A stretch of DNA of 48,069 nt from an uncultured bacterium (GTDB lineage: Bacteria > Omnitrophota > Omnitrophia > Omnitrophales > Aquincolibacteriaceae): the NCBI GenBank assembly GCA_964524195.1, contig CAZGCC010000002.1, positions 1 through 48,069 of the forward strand, written 5' to 3'. The notes beneath the pieces are model-generated. The model saw only the letters and a program-made list of their open reading frames with translations. It was not told the DNA's origin and did not search any database. Position numbers and translations under genes: made by a program. Below, one piece after another: positions 1 through 9,526 of the stretch; within the stretch, counting starts at the first letter, position 1; every line of letters begins with the position of its first letter.

Positions 1-543
1 TTCGCCGTTCACCAGATTAGTCACATAAATACGGCCCACGCCGACCGGCCCGAGAAGAACGACCATCGATTTTTGCCCATCGATGATGCCGGCCACATTC
101 GTACCGCGAAAACCGATCGAACCGGCCGGAAGATCGACCGACATGTTTTCCGGTTTCTTGTGTGCGACTTTTCCGGACACGACCCTGAAGATCCCCTTCA
201 TCATGCTGGCTTTCACTTTGCCGTCATCATTGCTCGGATCAAAAATAAACTCATCAACCGTGATGCCGCTTGCGGGACCGAGCGTAAAGACAGTCTGGTC
301 AAGAAGCAGGATCTGAAGCTGCCCGTCTGCGCCCGTTTCAACCTTATCTCCCATAAAAATTTTATCACCGCTTTTGATCTTGCGCGAAGTCTGGTCCGGA
401 GGGGTCGTGGCATTGACTTCGCCTTTCACCGCCGCAGCCACTCCCGCCTGCACAAGACCTTCAGCTTCAGCAAATGAAATTCCCGCCATACCTGTCGAAA
501 CTACACTGAGAACGATGGCGATCAACCAAACATTTTTTTTCAT
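1..543 (-). CDS. FecR-domain secreted protein, N-terminal part only (gene runs off the left edge); paralog of 580..1926
   Basis: My own minus-strand translation from the ATG at 543-541, with SD-like AAAGGTG upstream. It reads MKKNVWLIAIVLSVVSTGMAGISFAEAEG (signal peptide), then GDKIFMGDKVETGADGQLQILLLDQTVFTLGP...GSIGFRGT. This closely parallels the N-terminal half of the neighbouring 448-aa protein. It is absent from the ORF track because no stop lies inside the window. Confidence 0.75.
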   Translation of the reverse strand, partial: MKKNVWLIAIVLSVVSTGMAGISFAEAEGLVQAGVAAAVKGEVNATTPPDQTSRKIKSGDKIFMGDKVETGADGQLQILLLDQTVFTLGPASGITVDEFIFDPSNDDGKVKASMMKGIFRVVSGKVAHKKPENMSVDLPAGSIGFRGTNVAGIIDGQKSMVVLLGPVGVGRIYVTNLVNGE

Positions 544-579
544 AGAAGCACCTTTTTATTTTGTTTTCTTCTCACTAAA

Positions 580-1926
580 TCAAACTGATGGCGTCGCATC
601 CGCGGTAAGGGTTCCGTTTCCTGCGTTAGCGTAAGTTGTAGCATTGTCATTATAGACAACATTAATCGTACCGCTCTGCGCTACTTGCCCATTCACATTG
701 GATATGGTAATTTCAGCCTGGATATTCGAGTTGTTAGGATCATGGAGCCCACTAAAAACAAGAAGATCAGCCGCCGGGATTGAGTGCGTCACATCAGCTG
801 TGCCTGTATACGCAGGGTCAATATTGCCGTTAGTGGGTTGAGCAGTAGTGGTATCAATGATGATGCTTATATTCTCCAACTGCGCCGTCGCCAAATTAAG
901 GACCCACGATGCTGAGAAGCTTCCAACCACGGTATATTGGCTACCACTCATAAGCGTTTGATAGAAACTGCCAGATCCGGAATACGAATAACTCCCGGAA
1001 AGACCGGAGAGATCGGATACTCTCGTTGTCCCATTAGGATTTCCAAGACCGTTTTGATTCCGGGCGTCCTGGGCACCTATGACGCTTACATCATTTAAGC
1101 TGTCGCTGAAACTCTCAAGACCGCCTAAAAGCAGAGTATTTGCTCCAACGAGCGCATTGTTCTCACCCGACAGATCACCCATATTGGAGTCGCCGCCGAG
1201 ACCCGCACCACCGCCTTGATCGCCGCCGCCAAGACCTCCGGTCAAACCATTGATCTGGTCGTCCGAAAGCTGGAATGGGCCGGAAATTCCGCCGTCAGCG
1301 CCCACTTCCACGCCAAAACCCGAACGGTTCACTTCCTGCTGGCCGCCGCCCTCTCCGTCGATCGTAAAACTGCCGATCCTCGCACCTGAATCGTTGTTGT
1401 CCCCGGGCCCCAAAAGACCCACAAGCCCCTGGCCGCTCGGTTCCACGGAGCCACCGACGATCGTGCCGCGAAATCCGATGGTCGCTGTGGGAAGTTTCAC
1501 CTTCACGCTGTCCGGATTCTTGGCCGCGATCTTTCCGGACACATAACGGAAAACCCCTTTGGTGATACTGGCCTTGATCTCCCCCGCGCTTGTCTTCGGG
1601 TCATAAACGAATTTGTCAATAATGATCGAACTGTTCGGCCCGATCTTGAAAACCGTCTCATCCAGAAGAAGGATCTGGAGCTGGCCCTTTGCGTCGGTCG
1701 TGACTTCATCCCCCATAAAGATCACCTGCCCGCTCTGGGCAATGCGCCCGATCTGGCCCGGAGTTGTGAGTTCGACTTTGCCCTGCGCTGCCGCAACGAC
1801 TCCGATCCTCTCCAAAACCAGAGAAGCCGCCGGCATTGCGGGAATTGACAAAGGCATTTGAGCGATCACGGAAGGTACGGACAGGACAAGAAAAAACGCG
1901 GAAAGAGAAGCGACGATCTTTTTCAT
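580..1926 (-). CDS. Secreted FecR-domain protein with a Gly-rich linker and a Ser/Thr/Asn-rich C-terminal beta-rich domain
   Basis: Signal peptide MKKIVASLSAFFLVLSVPSVIAQ. FecR-like block GDEVTTDAKGQLQILLLDETVFKIGPNSSIIIDKFVYDP...IGFRGT. Poly-Gly stretch GGLGGGDQGGGAGLGG. The C-terminal alternating pattern SYSYSGSGSFY...GSFSASWVLNL suggests beta strands. Confidence 0.7.
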   Translation of the reverse strand: MKKIVASLSAFFLVLSVPSVIAQMPLSIPAMPAASLVLERIGVVAAAQGKVELTTPGQIGRIAQSGQVIFMGDEVTTDAKGQLQILLLDETVFKIGPNSSIIIDKFVYDPKTSAGEIKASITKGVFRYVSGKIAAKNPDSVKVKLPTATIGFRGTIVGGSVEPSGQGLVGLLGPGDNNDSGARIGSFTIDGEGGGQQEVNRSGFGVEVGADGGISGPFQLSDDQINGLTGGLGGGDQGGGAGLGGDSNMGDLSGENNALVGANTLLLGGLESFSDSLNDVSVIGAQDARNQNGLGNPNGTTRVSDLSGLSGSYSYSGSGSFYQTLMSGSQYTVVGSFSASWVLNLATAQLENISIIIDTTTAQPTNGNIDPAYTGTADVTHSIPAADLLVFSGLHDPNNSNIQAEITISNVNGQVAQSGTINVVYNDNATTYANAGNGTLTADATPSV

Positions 1927-1929
1927 AGG

Positions 1930-3360
1930 TTAGAACTCCAATCTCTTGGTCAACATCCCCTCAAGCTTGTTATTGGTGTAGCTGTAATTGGTGATATTGG
2001 ACAGGGCGCGATAAAACTCATAGGTGAAAGTAAAGGTGATGTCCTTGAGCGGCTTGGGAAGGATCTTTCCGATCAGAAGCGTTGTGAGCGGCGCTCCATA
2101 AGTAGCGCGATACCGCAGGGTCTGGTCATGACGGTTCATACCCGCGACAGAGATCTGCGGCCCTTCATAATTGTCAAAATTCACATTCAGGGTGTTGATC
2201 AAAAACTGGCTCTTGGGCAGGATCCAGGTGTGAGTGTTGTTCAAACTCAACCGGTCATACGCATCATACTTTTGCTTGGCATCCTTTTTGGTATATCCGA
2301 GAGCGCTGGTCCACTTCATGGTCGGGGTAATAACATAACTGGCCCCCCAGAAGTTGCTGAAGGCGGGCCCTTTGTTGCTGACCGCATCATTATTTTCCGA
2401 GATATTCATATAATCCTGCCGTTCGACCCGGAAATTGTAGAAAGCTTTGAGTTTCTTGGTCACTTCGCGCTCAAAAAGGAAATTTCCTCCTTGCGTCCTT
2501 AAAAAACTTTCGCTGGAAAGAAAGATGTTGCTCGCGACAAAGGAAGGTGTGAAGTTGAACCATTTGCTCTTATAGGTTCCCCCGATCTCGTACTGGAAGG
2601 AGCCCAGGTCGAGCGAATTCACATTGGTCTGCTCCTGCAGGAAATAGGTGAAGGACCCGAACACGGTATGCCCCGCCTGAAATCCGAGGTCATGGGTCAC
2701 ATCCAGGCTGGAAATATTGAGAAAATGTGTATCCGCGCGGCGATTGCTTGATCCGAGAAGGTCCTGGGCCTGATCGTTGACGAGCTGGAACTTGGAGGAA
2801 GGCGCGGCGTTGCGGTTCGTGTCATAGCCCCAGCCGTTGCTCTGACGCAGACTGAAATGCGTTCGCCGTTTTCTCCGTTTGATCTTCTTTTCGTAATCGC
2901 TGACCTGATCCCGGATCGCGGGAGGAAGCGTGACAGCCTTAAGCGCGTCCAATTCTTTCTGGGCTTCATTAAGGCTGTCCAAACGGTAGAGAACCACGGC
3001 ATAAAGAAGGCGCACATCCGCAAGATTCGGGTTGACCATCAGAACGCGCTCCAAAGTAGCAGAAGCGCTCAAAAGCTCTCCCCGGGCGATCTGTTCCTGC
3101 GCATAGCGGATATTAAGCGGAATATTGTCGGGATCTTTAAGAATATCCTCGTAGGTCACGCCTGTCCTGAGTTGATCCTCGGCGGCCTTTTCTTTGGATT
3201 TTTCTGCAACTCCAGCCGTTTGTTTTTGGCTCCAGGTTTCCCGGCGAAGTGTATCCGTCTCATTGGTGATATCTTCGGCCAAGCCGGCAGGAACGAGCGT
3301 TAAAAGAAAGGCGCTGCAAGTAAGGACAGATAAGACCTTCGTATAGCGGGAAATTCTCAT
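1930..3360 (-). CDS. Outer-membrane protein with an N-terminal TPR region and a C-terminal beta-barrel (Slam/DUF560-like)
   Basis: Signal peptide, then TPR-like helices (LERVLMVNPNLADVRLLYAVVLYRLDSLNEAQKELDAL). Next a barrel-type alternating sequence starting FSLRQSNGWGYDTNRNAAP and ending ...SNITNYSYTNNKLEGMLTKRLEF, with a terminal Phe typical of OMPs. The family assignment is from memory of the DUF560 architecture. Confidence 0.6.
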   Translation of the reverse strand: MRISRYTKVLSVLTCSAFLLTLVPAGLAEDITNETDTLRRETWSQKQTAGVAEKSKEKAAEDQLRTGVTYEDILKDPDNIPLNIRYAQEQIARGELLSASATLERVLMVNPNLADVRLLYAVVLYRLDSLNEAQKELDALKAVTLPPAIRDQVSDYEKKIKRRKRRTHFSLRQSNGWGYDTNRNAAPSSKFQLVNDQAQDLLGSSNRRADTHFLNISSLDVTHDLGFQAGHTVFGSFTYFLQEQTNVNSLDLGSFQYEIGGTYKSKWFNFTPSFVASNIFLSSESFLRTQGGNFLFEREVTKKLKAFYNFRVERQDYMNISENNDAVSNKGPAFSNFWGASYVITPTMKWTSALGYTKKDAKQKYDAYDRLSLNNTHTWILPKSQFLINTLNVNFDNYEGPQISVAGMNRHDQTLRYRATYGAPLTTLLIGKILPKPLKDITFTFTYEFYRALSNITNYSYTNNKLEGMLTKRLEF

Positions 3361-3551
3361 GAAACAACCAATCCCCTTTCTGGGCTACAAGCTAAAAAAT
3401 GGCGTGCTTTCTGACCTGGGAAAGCGGCTACAACTTGCGGCAGTCTACCCCTCCCTTTTGAAAAAAGCAAATTACAAATTTCTCAAGGCGGGAGGCGTAG
3501 GCGCATGGCGAGATCTCGCGTTTTTTTCACCGTACGCCGCACGCCGTACGC

Positions 3552-3557
3552 TATAAT
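3552..3557 (+). promoter_or_regulatory. Candidate -10 box TATAAT 6 nt upstream of the helicase ATG (leaderless transcript?)
   Basis: The sequence is gctTATAATgcgagcATG and there is no SD. A direct repeat CCGTACGC occurs at 3530-3537 and 3544-3551, immediately upstream. The -35 element is weak. Confidence 0.35.
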
Positions 3558-3563
3558 GCGAGC

Positions 3564-5510
3564 ATGTCATTCCAATTGGACCCGTTCCAGGTCAAAGCGA
3601 TCGAATGGATCGAAAAAGAGCATTCGCTCCTGATTTCCGCGCCCACCGGATCCGGTAAAACCCTGATCGCCGAAAAAGCGGTCGAAAAAGCCCTGTCCCG
3701 CGGCGAACAGGTCATTTATACCGCCCCAATCAAAGCCCTGAGTAATCAGAAATTCCGCGATTTCCAGATCCGGTTTGGCAAGGAATCGGTCGGCATCCTG
3801 ACCGGCGATGTTTCGATCAATGCCGGCGCGCCACTCCTCATCATGACCACCGAGATCTACCGTAATTCCCTTTTTGAGAACGAGGAACGGATCCGCAAGA
3901 TCGGTTGGGTCATTTTTGACGAAGTCCATTATCTGGACGATGTCGAACGCGGCACGGTCTGGGAGGAAGCCCTTCTTTTTACGCCGCCCGAGATTCGTAT
4001 CCTCGCGCTTTCCGCCACGATCCCGAATGTCCAGGAGCTGGCGGCCTGGATCCAGCAGATCCATGAGCGCCCCATCGCTGTGATCGAAGAAACACACCGC
4101 CCGGTCCCGCTCCATTTCCTGTTCCAATGCCAAGGGAAGATCCTGACCAATACGAAGTCGCTTCGCAAGGAAGGCTACCTTCAACGCGATAACTGGCAGC
4201 TTTCCATGCGGGAACGGCGCCGCGGGTTCCAGCCGCCAAGGGCGCGGCCCAACCGCCTCTTTGACCTGCTGAAACATCTCATCAATGAAGACCAGCTTCC
4301 GGCTCTTTATTTTGCCTTTGGCCGAAAACGCACGGCCACGCTCGCCTGGGAAGTCGCTCACTTTGACCTCTTGCGGGAAGCGGAGCGCCGCGAGGTCCGC
4401 AAGCTCTACGACGATCTTCTCACCCGTTATGATCTTGTGGGCGACAAAACCGCCGAAGAGATTCGGCCTCTTATTGAACAAGGGATCGCCTATCATCACG
4501 CGGGAATGCTTCCGACCCTCAAGGAGGTCATTGAACGGCTTTTCACGAGCAAACTCATCAAACTAATCTTCACGACCGAGACTTTCGCGCTCGGGATCAA
4601 CATGCCGGCCCGCACGGTGGTCTTCGATGAACTCGAAAAATTCTACGGCACGGGTTTCAAGACGCTCACGACGCGCGATTTTTTCCAGATGGCCGGTCGC
4701 GCGGGCCGCCGGGGCATGGATCCGGAAGGTTTTGTTTATTCCCGCATTCATCCAAGCGACATCAGCTTCCCGGAAGTGGAACGGGTGATCTATGGGCGAC
4801 CTGAGCCGGTACGGAGCCAGCTCAATACCGCGTACGCGACGCTCCTCAATCTCTACAAAACGCTGGGCCATAAACTTCTTGAGATCTATCCCCGATCTTT
4901 TCATTTTTTCCAGTCTTCGAAACGAAAACGCGACGAAGGGCTGGACCTCTTGAAGAATAAGCTCGCACTTTTGCAAGAGATGGGCTACATCACCGACGAC
5001 GGCCTCACCTTTAAAGGGGAATTCGCGGCTTCCGTGTTCGGGTATGAGCTGCTTCTCACGGAAATGTACACGGACGGCGCTCTCGAAAAACTGGACGAGG
5101 CAAAGCTGAATGTTTTTCTGGCCGGGCTGATCTTTGAACCGCGGAAAAATACCGAGCCGCCGCGTCTTGGAAAAGAACACGCCGAGTTACTTAAAATGAC
5201 CCAGCACTATCACCGGGGCATTTTCAAATGGGAATCCAATTTCCGCGTTACCCCCCACACGAAACCGCCTTATTTTCATCTCGCCCGCGCGATCGAAGCG
5301 TGGACTCAGGGCAAAGACTTCGAGAAGATTTGCGAATTGACCTCCGAGGATGAAGGAAGCCTGGTCCGTTATATCCGGATGGTGATCCAGCTTCTTCGCG
5401 AGATCGCGCATTCGCCTCACGCCTCCGAAACCCTCAAGGCCAAGGCGCACCGCGCGCGGGGAATGATCGACCGGGGCGTGGTAGACGCGGAGAGACAGCT
5501 GCGGGTCTAA
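3564..5510 (+). CDS. Ski2/HelY-like DEAD/DEAH-box (SF2) helicase with a DSHCT-like C-terminus
   Basis: Motif I APTGSGKT, motif II DEVHYL, motif III SAT, motif VI QMAGRAGRRG. The C-terminal ...SEDEGSLVRYIRMVIQLLREI resembles the DSHCT domain. Confidence 0.85.
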   Translation: MSFQLDPFQVKAIEWIEKEHSLLISAPTGSGKTLIAEKAVEKALSRGEQVIYTAPIKALSNQKFRDFQIRFGKESVGILTGDVSINAGAPLLIMTTEIYRNSLFENEERIRKIGWVIFDEVHYLDDVERGTVWEEALLFTPPEIRILALSATIPNVQELAAWIQQIHERPIAVIEETHRPVPLHFLFQCQGKILTNTKSLRKEGYLQRDNWQLSMRERRRGFQPPRARPNRLFDLLKHLINEDQLPALYFAFGRKRTATLAWEVAHFDLLREAERREVRKLYDDLLTRYDLVGDKTAEEIRPLIEQGIAYHHAGMLPTLKEVIERLFTSKLIKLIFTTETFALGINMPARTVVFDELEKFYGTGFKTLTTRDFFQMAGRAGRRGMDPEGFVYSRIHPSDISFPEVERVIYGRPEPVRSQLNTAYATLLNLYKTLGHKLLEIYPRSFHFFQSSKRKRDEGLDLLKNKLALLQEMGYITDDGLTFKGEFAASVFGYELLLTEMYTDGALEKLDEAKLNVFLAGLIFEPRKNTEPPRLGKEHAELLKMTQHYHRGIFKWESNFRVTPHTKPPYFHLARAIEAWTQGKDFEKICELTSEDEGSLVRYIRMVIQLLREIAHSPHASETLKAKAHRARGMIDRGVVDAERQLRV

Positions 5511-5515
5511 CTGTT

Positions 5516-8500
5516 TTACTCTTCTTCTCGCTCCTGCACTGAAAGCATCGGCCCCAGCTCCGGGTCAGCGCGATCCTCTTTTTTGATCTCCTCAAGAATG
5601 ACCGGTATCTTCCATTTCTCGATCCGGCAGACCGTGTCATAAGGACAGAACGATTCGCAACTTCGTGGCCGCGCCGGGATCTCGGCGCCGCGAATCTCCT
5701 TCATGAATTTGCGGACAAAAACGGCCGACCGGTCCAATGCTTTCTGAAAGAGGTCCCCCGGAACGCTGGAACGGGACGAGAATTCTTTTTCGAAAAGCTT
5801 CGCGAGCTCCTCACAATAAAAACCGCTTCGCTTGTGATCCCGGATCGAATAGATCGCGGCGCCCAAAGGGGCGAGACCTAAATGCTTCTGAGCGGCCAGA
5901 AGGTAAAGCGGCAGCTGCAGCGCGGTGCCAAGCTCCAGATCCGAAGATTTAAAGCTGTAAGAACGCTTGTAATCCATGACCACCGCGAATTTCTTGTCCG
6001 GGTTTGTGTCGATCCGGTCCACACGACCTCGTAATTTGATATTCTTTTTCCCGGCTTCGATCTCCAGAGGCGGCGCCTCCCCTTTCCCGGAACCCCCAAA
6101 TGAATACTCCACATGCTCCGGATGGAAAGAAGAACTCTCGAGCCGTTCCGTCTCATATTTCAGGAAATCCAGAAGCATCTCGAAAAGTTCACGGCGGTCC
6201 AAAGCTTCCTGATAGGCCTCCGACCATGTCATCGGATAAAGCTTGAGGCCTTCTTCCATTTCCCTTTCGATGAATTGTTCAAGCGTCTCTTTTGCGCCTT
6301 TGGGACGGCGAGGATCAAAATAATGCTGGAGAACGAAATGCAGGACATTCCCCTTTTGCATCGCGCTGAGATCCTGTCCCGCCTCTTTTAATTTGAGGAT
6401 CTTGTCGGCAAAATACCGGTAAGGACATTTGGCGTAGGTCTCAAGACGGGTAGGGCTTGTTTTTTCGATCTCGAAATACCCGTCCTTCCGGATCTTTTCA
6501 TCCGAGATACCCGCTTCCACGGTTCTTAGAGCGTTCAGGAATCTCTCCCGGCTCTCGGGATCGCCGGGAAGCTTCGAAAGGACTTCCTCCATAACCAAAT
6601 CCTGGTTTCCCGCGCTCCGCAAACCCGCCGCTATTGAAATTTCCAACTCCCGACGGGTGATCGCTTCCGCAGCTTCCGGAAAAGGCCTCGCAAGGTCCTG
6701 GTGTATTACAGAAATCTTTCCATTTTGGGACGAAGCATTGGGATCGTCTCCGAAAAGCCGTTTTACCTCATCAAGATAAAAGGACGGCAGCGATTCCTTG
6801 CCTTCAAAATCAAGATGCGGGCAGCTCAAGTAGAGCCGCTCCCTCGCGCGGGTCACGGCAAGATAAAAAAAGAACCGTTCGATATTTTGCCGCGGCAGCC
6901 GTTCCGCGAGCGGGTATTCCCGCTCCCCGTTCATCAGCCTCCGCTCCCAATCCGAAAGCAGCGGGTCCTCGCGGATCTGCATGGGAAAAACTTTTTCCAG
7001 AAGACCGGCCACGAACACGACCTTGTATTCTTTTTGCCGCGCGAGCGAAATGTCATAGACCTGCACCCGGTTCTTATCCCGCTCATGCAGTGAATAAACA
7101 TCCAGTTCGACGAGGCCGAGAAAATGATCGGCAAAACTTTCGAAGGACATCTCCTGGACCTGATGCTTCAGGGAATATCCCCGGATCTCCTCCAGAAGAG
7201 CTTCAAACCTTCTGACGCAAGCCGCGTCACGGCGGTTCAACGGTGTGTAATGATCGCTCACCTCCAGGATCGCGAATGAATCGTACACCGCCCGCTTGAA
7301 GATCCGGATATGTTCTTCCGCGGTCCGCGCAGCCCGGAACTTTCCATCAAGAGCCTCAAGCTCTTGCAACATTGCTTTTTTCTTCTTGTTGAACTCTTCC
7401 GGGTCCTTCGCGCTTCCCTTTTTCCAGTCCGCGAGCCAAGCTTCGCGACCCCCCGTCACGCCTTCCCTGAACGACCGTTGCTCCAGCTCCGCGACCCAGG
7501 CATCTTCCCTGGGATTGTCTTTTCCGAACAAGCGCACGAAACCGGACCTCAGGAACGCAAAGAGATCTTCCGGCTGCCAATCATTGCGGAAAATGGCAAG
7601 GAGCGAAGCGGTCGCGGCGATCCAGGGCGAGAACTTCAGGCGGTCGCGCTCATGCACTTCCACCGGGATCCCGTAGCGCGCAAAGACCGCGGTGATCACC
7701 GGCGCGTAGTGCCGGATCTGGCGGAACAGGACCGAGAAATCGCCATAGCGGTGATCCCCCGTCTTGTAAAGTTGATGGATCTGGCGCGCGATCAGCTCGA
7801 TCTCACCTTCCGTTCCGATCGCGTTAAGCAATGTGAGGCCCTGAGGAACACAGATTCCCTTAACGGTTTCCGCAAAAAGATTCTTTTGAAGAAAAAGAAG
7901 GGCCGGATTTTTAGTGCGAAAGGACTGCGTCTTCATGAGCTGCGCCTGAAACCCGAGCTTTTCAAGATCCTGCTGTGTACGGTTCACAGATTCGAAAACA
8001 TCTTCCTGTTGCTTACCCGTTTCTTTTATCAATGCAATCGTGATGTTGTCTGCGACCCCGGAAAACTCGCGAAGATACTCAAGCTGCAGATTTGAAAAAT
8101 CGAAAAAGCCGTCGATCCAAAGAGCCTGGAACCTGGAACCCGGAACGCCCGGCTTCTTTTTCCTTTCCCTGAAGAGACGCAGGGCATCCTGACTGTCACG
8201 AAGACCGCGCGCTTTCAACTGGGCCTCATATTGCCCGTAAAAATCCGCCAGCGCTTCATATTTGGCCCGGTAGACCGGCTCAAAACCTTTCAGTTCGTTC
8301 ATCCGTTCGCGGAAGATCTCTGGAGTGAGACACGCCTCTTTGAGCTCGATCACAAACTGCGCCATCAATCCGATAAAACCGGGCTGCTCGCGCACTCCCT
8401 CGAAATAATCCCATTTGTTTTCGCGCACCAGGTCCCGGACGATCATCATGCGGGTCAGACTGGAAGCGACGGGAATATCGGTGACACGAAAAAGATCCGC

Positions 8501-8722
8501 GGCAAGCCGGGAAAGCGTGGTGACTCGTTTGTGAAAAAATCCTTTGAGACCCCTTTGGATCAGAAGCGAGATCACCCGTTCGGTGTGTTCGGCAGAAGGA
8601 ACCACAAAAAAAAGATCTTCAGCGAGAGGGTCCGCAGCCTCCGAAAGAGCCCGGCTGAACGCGTCAAGAAGTTGGTGCGTCTTCCCGCAACCTGCCGGGC
8701 CGACAAGGAGAGTTTTACTCAT
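5516..8722 (-). CDS. addB: AddB/RexB-like helicase-nuclease subunit (N-terminal Walker A, C-terminal PD-(D/E)XK nuclease with Fe-S cysteines)
   Basis: MSKTLLVGPAGCGKTH Walker A motif. C-terminal CPYRYF...GRVDRID...DYK nuclease motifs. Cys cluster CESFCPYDTVC. The length of 1068 aa fits AddB. Confidence 0.75.
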   Translation of the reverse strand: MSKTLLVGPAGCGKTHQLLDAFSRALSEAADPLAEDLFFVVPSAEHTERVISLLIQRGLKGFFHKRVTTLSRLAADLFRVTDIPVASSLTRMMIVRDLVRENKWDYFEGVREQPGFIGLMAQFVIELKEACLTPEIFRERMNELKGFEPVYRAKYEALADFYGQYEAQLKARGLRDSQDALRLFRERKKKPGVPGSRFQALWIDGFFDFSNLQLEYLREFSGVADNITIALIKETGKQQEDVFESVNRTQQDLEKLGFQAQLMKTQSFRTKNPALLFLQKNLFAETVKGICVPQGLTLLNAIGTEGEIELIARQIHQLYKTGDHRYGDFSVLFRQIRHYAPVITAVFARYGIPVEVHERDRLKFSPWIAATASLLAIFRNDWQPEDLFAFLRSGFVRLFGKDNPREDAWVAELEQRSFREGVTGGREAWLADWKKGSAKDPEEFNKKKKAMLQELEALDGKFRAARTAEEHIRIFKRAVYDSFAILEVSDHYTPLNRRDAACVRRFEALLEEIRGYSLKHQVQEMSFESFADHFLGLVELDVYSLHERDKNRVQVYDISLARQKEYKVVFVAGLLEKVFPMQIREDPLLSDWERRLMNGEREYPLAERLPRQNIERFFFYLAVTRARERLYLSCPHLDFEGKESLPSFYLDEVKRLFGDDPNASSQNGKISVIHQDLARPFPEAAEAITRRELEISIAAGLRSAGNQDLVMEEVLSKLPGDPESRERFLNALRTVEAGISDEKIRKDGYFEIEKTSPTRLETYAKCPYRYFADKILKLKEAGQDLSAMQKGNVLHFVLQHYFDPRRPKGAKETLEQFIEREMEEGLKLYPMTWSEAYQEALDRRELFEMLLDFLKYETERLESSSFHPEHVEYSFGGSGKGEAPPLEIEAGKKNIKLRGRVDRIDTNPDKKFAVVMDYKRSYSFKSSDLELGTALQLPLYLLAAQKHLGLAPLGAAIYSIRDHKRSGFYCEELAKLFEKEFSSRSSVPGDLFQKALDRSAVFVRKFMKEIRGAEIPARPRSCESFCPYDTVCRIEKWKIPVILEEIKKEDRADPELGPMLSVQEREEE

Positions 8723-8767
8723 GCCCTGTTAACTCTGGAATTTTTTGATCGAGAATTGGGCCTATCT

Positions 8768-9523
8768 TCATTTGTCTCTCCCCGAAGCCTTCTTCAGATC
8801 TTCGATCAAATGCGGCTGCGCCTTTCCTCCTAACGACTCGACCTGATGGACATCAGCCCAGCTCCGGTCGAGCTCATTATTATCAAGATAGGCCGCGGCG
8901 CGGTTGTTGTAGGCCTCGACATAATGAGGATTATTCTCGATGGCTTTACTGTAATCCGAGATCGCTTGATCCAGATCCCTTTTCAGATAACAGGCAAGCC
9001 CGCGATCAAAATAGGCCCGGGCATAAGAGGGGTCGAGCTCCAGGGCTTTATCAAGATCGATCATCGCGTAATTCAAATTACCCTTGAAGGCATACGCGTT
9101 ACCGCGAGTATGATAGGCCTTCGCAAAGGAAGGATTGAAGCTCAGCGCTTGGGTGCAATCGCCAATGGCTTGATTGAAATCGCCTTTTTTATTGTAGGCA
9201 AGAGCGCGGTTATTGTAGGCCTCCGGATTCACGGGAAAGATCTCGATGGCTTTATCAAGATCGAGGATGGCTTTGTCCGCATCGCCGAGTTCCGCGTAAG
9301 CGCCGCCCCTGGCAAGATAAGCGCGGGCATTGCGGGGATCTTCCCGGAGAACTTTATCAAGTTCCTGAATGGCTTTGCCGTACTCCCCTTGCTCGGAATA
9401 CTTGATCCCCCTCTCCAGAATTTCTTCCGGGGAGTCACCGGCAAAACCTGGACTGGCAATTAAAACTGACAGGCCCAGGCAGAGAGCGCCGATCTTGAGT
9501 AAAATTTGCTCCTTCGGGCTCAT
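8768..9523 (-). CDS. Secreted TPR-repeat protein
   Basis: Signal peptide KIGALCLGLSVLIASPGFAG followed by about six 34-aa repeats (AYNNRALAY, AYHTRGNAY, AYFDRGLAC and others). Confidence 0.85.
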   Translation of the reverse strand: MSPKEQILLKIGALCLGLSVLIASPGFAGDSPEEILERGIKYSEQGEYGKAIQELDKVLREDPRNARAYLARGGAYAELGDADKAILDLDKAIEIFPVNPEAYNNRALAYNKKGDFNQAIGDCTQALSFNPSFAKAYHTRGNAYAFKGNLNYAMIDLDKALELDPSYARAYFDRGLACYLKRDLDQAISDYSKAIENNPHYVEAYNNRAAAYLDNNELDRSWADVHQVESLGGKAQPHLIEDLKKASGRDK

Positions 9524-9526
9524 GAG

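Noticed and set aside
3359-3556. 65-aa ORF in the OMP/helicase divergent intergenic region
   Set aside because: It has no SD and no motifs, and it spans the candidate promoter region. It is most likely non-coding.
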